This document shows positions 56,571 through 64,000 of a stretch of DNA of 64,000 nt, one piece after another. This DNA comes from Eledone cirrhosa. Its lineage: Eukaryota. A program made the translations under genes and the position numbers. The stretch lies in NCBI GenBank assembly GCA_964016885.1, contig OZ024751.1, positions 36,146,001-36,210,000 on the forward strand. The letters are read 5' to 3'. The notes beneath the pieces are model-generated. The model was not told the origin of the DNA and ran no database searches. It saw only the letters and a list, made by a program, of their open reading frames with translations. Positions within the stretch are counted from its first letter, which is position 1. The number at the start of each line of letters is the position of its first letter.

Positions 56571-58405
56571 CAGAGATGTATGAATTATGTTTTCCTTAAA
56601 ATATGAAATAAGACTAATTCGACAGTTCGATTACGGTACTCTTATATAGCATTGGATCCAAACATGGAAATTGCTCCCGACTAACAGATGAGATGAAACA
56701 AGGTTTCTAAATATCTACGTATTTCTGAAAGAATGCATTACGTTTGAACGTAGTAGAAATAGCTCCAAACATAAATCGATTGGGAAACGATGATCGTGCT
56801 TAGCTGGAATCCGAACCGCATAGCGCTTGTCACAAAATGCTGCAATAATTATCTATTAGCAAAGAAAGCTTTCTCGATTCTTTAGTTAATGTGTATAGTT
56901 AACACTTAACAAAAGAAACACAAACCGTTAAATAACTAAACAAATAAATAGTTTCACATTCCTGAATACCTTACGCTCATTGGAATATAAATAGCCCCGA
57001 GTTTTCTTTCAAACCTTCAGACAGATATTCTAATTGGCTACAACATTCATTTGATTATGTAATCTTTAGGGATTTCAGTTTAAGTTTATTTCTTGCATGC
57101 AAAGTAAGTGCCATGATCAGAGAAAATGAATTATGGTAATTCGCTAAATTAGTTGCCAACGAAAACAGACCGGCATACAAAAATACGGCGAGAAGAACAA
57201 ATAATAATACACTAAGCCTAACGTGCGTTAGCTTTCTCTTAATAAAGGAAAGAAAAAAAAAACAAACTGTGTGTGCAGTATTTCTCTTCGTATTGTCTGT
57301 CAAGCTTACGCTCAAGAGATCGTGTTTTAATCATATTTACAGATGGCTGTTGTGGAATAACTCCAAACACTAACATGCTATATGTAGTGACTACAGCAAG
57401 AAGAACTATAACAAAGAAGTAAACTACACTGAATAACAAAAGAAAATAGTAAACAATAAATAAATATAATCATAGTATTATTGAAGTTGAGAAATATGCT
57501 AGGGAAATAGTATTTACATATTAACACCTGTCCCTACTGACATCACAGATAATTGAGTTTAATACATTTCATCACACATACACAGACATACATACACATA
57601 CATTCACAGACAGACAGATACATACAAACAATTCTATAGTCGCTAGACATATTTGATCTTATAAGATTAATGAGTGAGCCTCCGTTGACTAAGGGATATG
57701 CTTCCGTTGCAAGTCAGGCCAAATTGGCTAACATCATTAACGGGGTATGTCTTTGACAAAAGAACCGATATCACGCAATCTCATTTTACTAAAAGTAATA
57801 ATATTCGAGCACAGTAAGAGAGCTTTCAGATACTAACTGAAGTGTAGAGACTTGGGTTGGTATATTCCCGCGCGTTAAAACGTACAAGGCAACAACATTG
57901 CTCCAGTATGGTCGATCTGGCGCAATTCTCTCCACACCTGTGCGGCATGCTCCTTGTGTGTTTGAGGTCGTTCTGGAATATTATGTACCAGGATCTTTTC
58001 TCCGTTTTAGCTTTTCCTATGACTAGGCCATTGCATTTATTTCTGCATGTCCCATAGCTGCCTGGGAGTGGGTGGTGATTTTCTAAACAAAGCTGACACA
58101 GCGCCACAGTATTTTGCAGCGGCCAGGATTTGTTTCATTGAAAACTCTGTCGCTCCAGATTACTTTCAGAATCTTCCGTCGGCAATGTTGGTAGAAAAGC
58201 TTTAGCATCTTACAGATATTTGTTATGGTCTTCCTTAGGCAAGATTCTCAGAGCACCTTTAACATCTGACCAATATCTGATGTCATCTTCCTTAGACAAG
58301 TTTCATAGAAAATATATAGTTTCTTGCCAACATATCTCATCAACCATATTTCTCTGTCATATATAACATATATTTGTGTGCTGATGCGTGTGTGTATGTA
58401 TGTGA

Positions 58406-58492
<87 letters not shown>

Positions 58493-58882
58493 TATATAAA
58501 TATATATATATATATAAATAAATATAGTTACATATAACCAAGATATTGAAGTGAAATAACTCATGGAAACGACGAATCTAAACCACTCATACACAGTTTC
58601 CGACACATTGTTGTTACAGAATAGATTCGAATGAATTTGTTTATATTTATCAAAGCAATCATTTCCCGAACATATTTGAAGTGGAAAGACATAACGTAAC
58701 TGAGACTAAATACAAATAAGTAAATACAAATAAGTAAATACAAAAAGTAAATACAAAAAGTAAATCAAATGCAATAGAGTTTTGTGTAATAAAGGATTTA
58801 TGAATTTATTGAGCAAATTGTAGCATCTATCTAGTATTAACGGCAAAATGGATATCACAGGTTTCATTTGCTTTAGACGAAA

Positions 58883-58946
58883 CAAGATTGAATAACTATA
58901 TATATATATATATATATTTAATCATTCAATCTTGTGTATGAAAGAA

Positions 58947-59018
<72 letters not shown>

Positions 59019-59044
59019 ATCATTCAATCTTGTGTATGAAAGAA

Positions 59045-59102
<58 letters not shown>

Positions 59103-59132
59103 TAATCATTCAATCTTGTGTATGAATGAATG
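58883..59132. repeat. Triplicated 34-bp core separated by (TA)n, preceded by an inverted piece
   Basis: TTTAATCATTCAATCTTGTGTATGAA x3; ACAAGATTGAAT at 58883. Confidence 0.85.
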
Positions 59133-59135
59133 TAA

Positions 59136-59174
<39 letters not shown>

Positions 59175-59339
59175 TATATATACATACATAAGTGTGTGTG
59201 TGTGTACATATCTATATGGACGTGACTGTGCGCATAGTTAACAATTGAATGAGATTCATATACATAGAGGTTGGGAAGAACGCGCATACTGGTATGTGTG
59301 CTTGTTAGTGTAGTTTATATATATATATTAATATATATA

Positions 59340-59417
<78 letters not shown>

Positions 59418-59531
59418 CAGGGAGAAAAAGAAAGAGAGATGAGTATGTATATATATATATATATTAGCTTAGGTTTGCAAAGTTAAAGAATAAAGAAAAA
59501 TATATACATATATATTTCCTACACACGGAGG

Positions 59532-59589
<58 letters not shown>

Positions 59590-60396
59590 GTTTTGTTGAC
59601 TGCAACAATAATGCTAGGCATTGATCGGTTTGAAATGTCTATTTATTTACATGCGTTCTTATCATGTCTTGCAACTGCGGTTTTACAATAGATACAAATG
59701 TGATTAGTTCCACCATTCTTTATATTTTGCAATGAATGGTGAACAGAACTCACCAAATAATAGAATAGTTAAAAAGAATAAATACATATAATACCAAACA
59801 GAAAACAAATTTTAATAAATATACGAATTGTAAATAACATTTTCAGACGAATAAATTGTTTATACGTTTACAGCAAATGTAGTTTTGCTGATTTTCCTTT
59901 TTAATTTTTTTTCTCCCATCGTTCCTTTGTATTTCTGTTTAACCACGTCTCAGATTTGCATAGATAATGAGTGGAAAGGTGATATTATTTAATTGAATTT
60001 CAGATTGATTTCACTCAGTTCGATATGATGTTGTGAAAATGATAAGAATTAGAATGGAATATATTGTGTTACGTCGGAAGCTTTCTACTTACTTACCTTC
60101 ATAAGTTTATGTAACAAAAGGATATATTAACATATATATGCAAATATAGAGACGGCCACGTATTGAGGGAGTGTGAGACTCATACACGTATAGAGATACA
60201 TTCGCCATACACAAAATACTGCTACATAAACACACATTTCACACACACATAAATAAATATAAATATACATACGAGAATACACATATATATACATACACAC
60301 ATACATACATATATATATATCATAGATTGAGTTAAAAACTCAAAAGTCTTTTACAATTAAATAGCTCAAAGAAGGGAATCTTTCCGAGCCGTGTAA

Positions 60397-60541
60397 TATA
60401 ATTGAATATATGAGAGGGATGAACACAGCTATACGTATACATGTGTTCCAATTGCAAATGACCAAGTTAGCTAACTTGGTCATTTGCAATTGGAACACAT
60501 GTATACGTATAGCTGTCTGTGTTCATCCCTCTCATATATTC

Positions 60542-60548
<7 letters not shown>
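60397..60548. repeat. ~150-bp spacerless palindrome (4-bp insertion in right arm)
   Basis: Centred on TTAG|CTAA at 60470/60471; abuts (TA)n. Confidence 0.95.
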
Positions 60549-60576
<28 letters not shown>

Positions 60577-61103
60577 TAAATATGAAGGCACGATTCTAAA
60601 ATTTAAAACTTCAATTTATTAAATAGCGACTGTTATGCACATCGCCCAATTATCAGATTACAATTAATAAGAAATATTGTATGTAAAATCTGGGCATAAT
60701 ATTGGTCAGAATTAAACCATTGACTGTTGTGATGATATAATACAATACGTACGATCAACTCCCATTAATATTATAACAAATATATATACATACATAATAT
60801 TAAGGATACTATTTATAGTTATGTATATTTTTAAACCATAAACAGGGAAGGTCAGTAATTTATTACTACCTTATTACCAGTAAGAGAAATAGCTCAAAGT
60901 AAGAACATCAGTTGTTCTACAGAGCAGTTATATAGAATTCACAAGAATCAAAGCTATGTTCAAAGCATTTATTCACTTACAATTGTTTCATCCAAACCTC
61001 TGATATGTTTTGAGAGTAGACTGTATTTACAGTGAACTTTGATATAAAGATATGGCACTTTGTATGGAAAATTCAATTATAGCACTATATAATAAAGAGT
61101 AAT

Positions 61104-61650
61104 CAACCCCTACCGATGCGCTGAAAAAGTGTGACTTTATAGTCCAGCCAGCGACTTGAAAACTCTGGTACAAACACTACACTTGTGACAATTATTGACA
61201 CATAGTGCTGGGCCCATGGTACCATGTGACGACAAGTGCAGAGAGATCTCCAGATATAAAGCAATACCTGTGCCGTGAAGCTTTTATAGTGAGCAAAGGC
61301 ATTGCACAAAGCCAGTCCCACTCTCTTAACCAAGATGATATTTACCAAAAAGAAGAACAAGTCAATATCATTGGATACCATCAGGGTTGCAGAGACTTTT
61401 CCTTCTCCTAGAATTCTGCCTTGACAAAGGCTAAGGGGTCATCTCTCCCGGTGATTTTGGATGGCCATTGATTCTTAAGAGCTCCTTTGCCCTTTGACAG
61501 GTTTTGTTTTAGTTCTGCAGGATGTCCAAGTGACTCTCCTCACCAAGAAACCTTGGTGGGGTTGCCAGTTTAGTCGCCAACGACCCAACCATGAGACAGG
61601 TTGCACTGGGATACATGTTACCAGTAGCACCAACTGGTGACCTGACATAC
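61104..61650 (-). mobile_element. R5 copy
   Basis: High identity to 18000-18513. Confidence 0.85.
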
Positions 61651-61670
61651 ATACATACAGACACACAGAT

Positions 61671-61729
<59 letters not shown>

Positions 61730-62187
61730 CATCGCATGAGAGTATCTTGGTCAGCCTATGAAGTATAAAGCCGACGCTCGTATATTCAAACTTACTAAGA
61801 TGCGATCCACGAACTTAAGTTCGGTGGCCAAATATCTGTTGACTGAGTCACCTGCAACTTAGCAATAATTTATAAGAAACTCCAAAATAGAACAATAATG
61901 TCTGGCAAAAGAAGTTGATTTACTATATTGATTTTATAAAGTGTCCTCAGTAAAGTTTAAGTGGAAAATACTAAATATATAATTTCTCTTTAACAATCCT
62001 CACTTTTCAATGGCCGTTATAAAAAATGCAATATTGGTTTATTTACACACTCACACACAGACACACGCATATATATATATACACACATACATATATAAAT
62101 ATACATGTACATATATAACTATACTTATGTACATATATAATATATTTATATATCTACGCACAACTACACAAGCACACACATATATAT

Positions 62188-62224
<37 letters not shown>

Positions 62225-62977
62225 CATATATATATTTATATAATATATATAAATATATATAACACATACATATATATATTTATATAATATATATATAAAC
62301 ACATACAACACATACATATATATATTTATATAATATATATATAAACACATACATATATATATTTATATAATATATATATATAAACACATACATATATATA
62401 TTTATATAATATATATATATAAACACATACATATATATATTTATATATATATATATAAACACATGCATATATATATATATAAACACATATATATAAACAC
62501 ATATATATATGTATTATATATAAATATATGTGTATGTATATATATGGGCATGTGGGTTTGTATGTACATCCATGGGTGTGTCTGTAGGTAAAGTACATTA
62601 TGATGTATGACGGAATTTGAAAATGTTCACATTTCTATACCCCCAAGGATATACAACTGGTAAATGGACATTAATGGTATTCTTTTAACTCATTTGGAGA
62701 GATCTCACCGACAGTTCTGCTTTAGATTTATATATTGTTTCTTAAACTTAACTACATAACATTTGCTGAAGATATTTTAAAGTTTTGCAAAATATTTTTA
62801 TTCAACCTAGTATTTTCTAGTTCTTTACTACATTCATACATACACATACTCATTCATAAATACATACACACATACACATATATATATATATGTCGTTTTT
62901 CTCCCCCCCCCCCATTTGTTTTAAATGTCTTTCCCCCACTCCCCCACACACCCTCGGAACTCTCTTCCCACCAACTT

Positions 62978-63046
62978 TTCTCCTGATGAAGGGCTTATTA
63001 CATCGAGGTTGACCATACGGAATGATCAGTTCTATCCAGTGGAGAA
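62978..63046 (+). ncRNA. Degenerate hammerhead candidate (H9)
   Basis: TTCTC-CTGATGA-...-GGAA-TG...CAG-TG-GAGAA: stem I intact, GAAA box and NUH mutated; island in (TA)n. Confidence 0.35.
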
Positions 63047-63056
63047 CCAACAAACC

Positions 63057-63110
<54 letters not shown>

Positions 63111-63362
63111 CCATTGTAAGATGTCTGACGAGCCGTAGATTACAGAGTCGGGCTAGATCGATACAGGTCGAACCTTGAGCTGATCAGTGGCGAAATGCGC
63201 GTCACCAACCAATAAACGTAATGAAGGAGTAACCAATCGTCCTTGTTTTATTTTATTTTACTATAATACACTCTGTCTAGCTCGACACCTCGACAGTGAA
63301 GTGAGCCTAAATATTGAGTGCTCACCCGGGTGAACCTACAGTATCTCCAAGTTACACTCCCT

Positions 63363-63365
<3 letters not shown>
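63111..63365 (+). mobile_element. HHR island (family H10) in (TA)n
   Basis: HHR, AATAAA and shared bulged hairpin, flanked by (TA)n. Confidence 0.72.
63120..63208 (+). ncRNA. Minimal type I hammerhead motif (H10)
   Basis: GT-CTGACGA-GCC...GGC-GAAA-TGCGCG-TC-AC: near-palindromic loop III, GUC site, short stem I, AATAAA at 63211. Confidence 0.7.
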
Positions 63366-63421
<56 letters not shown>

Positions 63422-63428
<7 letters not shown>

Positions 63429-63514
63429 AAAAAAGATGAAATCGAAAATGCAACTGGAGTATTTAAAAAAAAAAGACTCCAGTTGCATTTTCGATTTCAT
63501 CTTTTTTCCTTATA
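63422..63514. repeat. 39-bp perfect inverted repeat with 15-bp spacer, island in (TA)n
   Basis: Arms 63422-63460 / 63476-63514. Confidence 0.93.
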
Positions 63515-63566
63515 CTTTCACTCCTGTAGGACACCTCGGTTATTTTTCATTTTGTAAAAAAAAACC

Positions 63567-63615
<49 letters not shown>

Positions 63616-63618
<3 letters not shown>

Positions 63619-64000
63619 TCAGAAAAGGACTTCCAAATACGTAGAGCCCTGGTTTTGACTAGGTTTCATAAGCTGGATAAAATTTGGAAATCCAATAAAC
63701 CAAAGAAACTTAAAATCAGCCTGTTTAGAACAACGTTAGAGTATATCCTTCTCTACTGCTCTGCAGCTTGTCCATTGCACTCTCGTCAACAGCTTCGTTT
63801 AGAATGATATTACACTATCCTCCTGAGAAAGGCTCAAAATATTTCTTGGTCGCCTCATATGACGCTTAATCAGATATACGGAAAAATCCCAAAAGTAAGT
63901 GCACGACTGACTGAACGTCGTAAAATGTTTGATGGTGATTACTTCACGCAAAACAAGAGATGGGTTCACACCTCTTGCTGTGAGAGGACTCTACCAGAAA
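63616..64000 (+). pseudogene. RTE-X-like LINE RT C-terminal fragment, runs off the window
   Basis: SEKDFQIRRAL...KLDKIWKSNKPKKLKISLFRTTLEYILLYCS...*YYTILLRKAQNISWSPHMTLNQIYGKIPKVSARLTERR. Confidence 0.85.

Overview
AT-rich eukaryotic non-coding DNA with no confidently identifiable host exon. The SINE families and the extreme (TA)n/(CATA)n load suggest an octopus or other cephalopod (inference). Almost all listed ORFs are microsatellite artefacts. The one substantial coding region is a 5'-truncated Penelope-like element (PLE; RT + GIY-YIG, one in-frame stop) at 15.1-16.6 kb, bracketed by a 260-bp inverted repeat and embedded in (TA)n. The main hidden signal is a set of many short, mostly non-coding islands inserted in (TA)n tracts. 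They belong to about ten different sequence families and carry type I hammerhead ribozyme (HHR) motifs (CTGANGA...GAAA...NUH with pairable stems I-III), often as fold-back or partial-tandem units. Four otherwise unrelated families share a covarying bulged hairpin downstream of the HHR, and one family shows a covarying stem II plus a possible loop II pseudoknot. The rest is tRNA-derived SINEs, RTE/RTE-X LINE fragments, two Tc1/mariner-type MITEs and mini/microsatellites. All structures were read by eye, and boundaries of old repeats are approximate.
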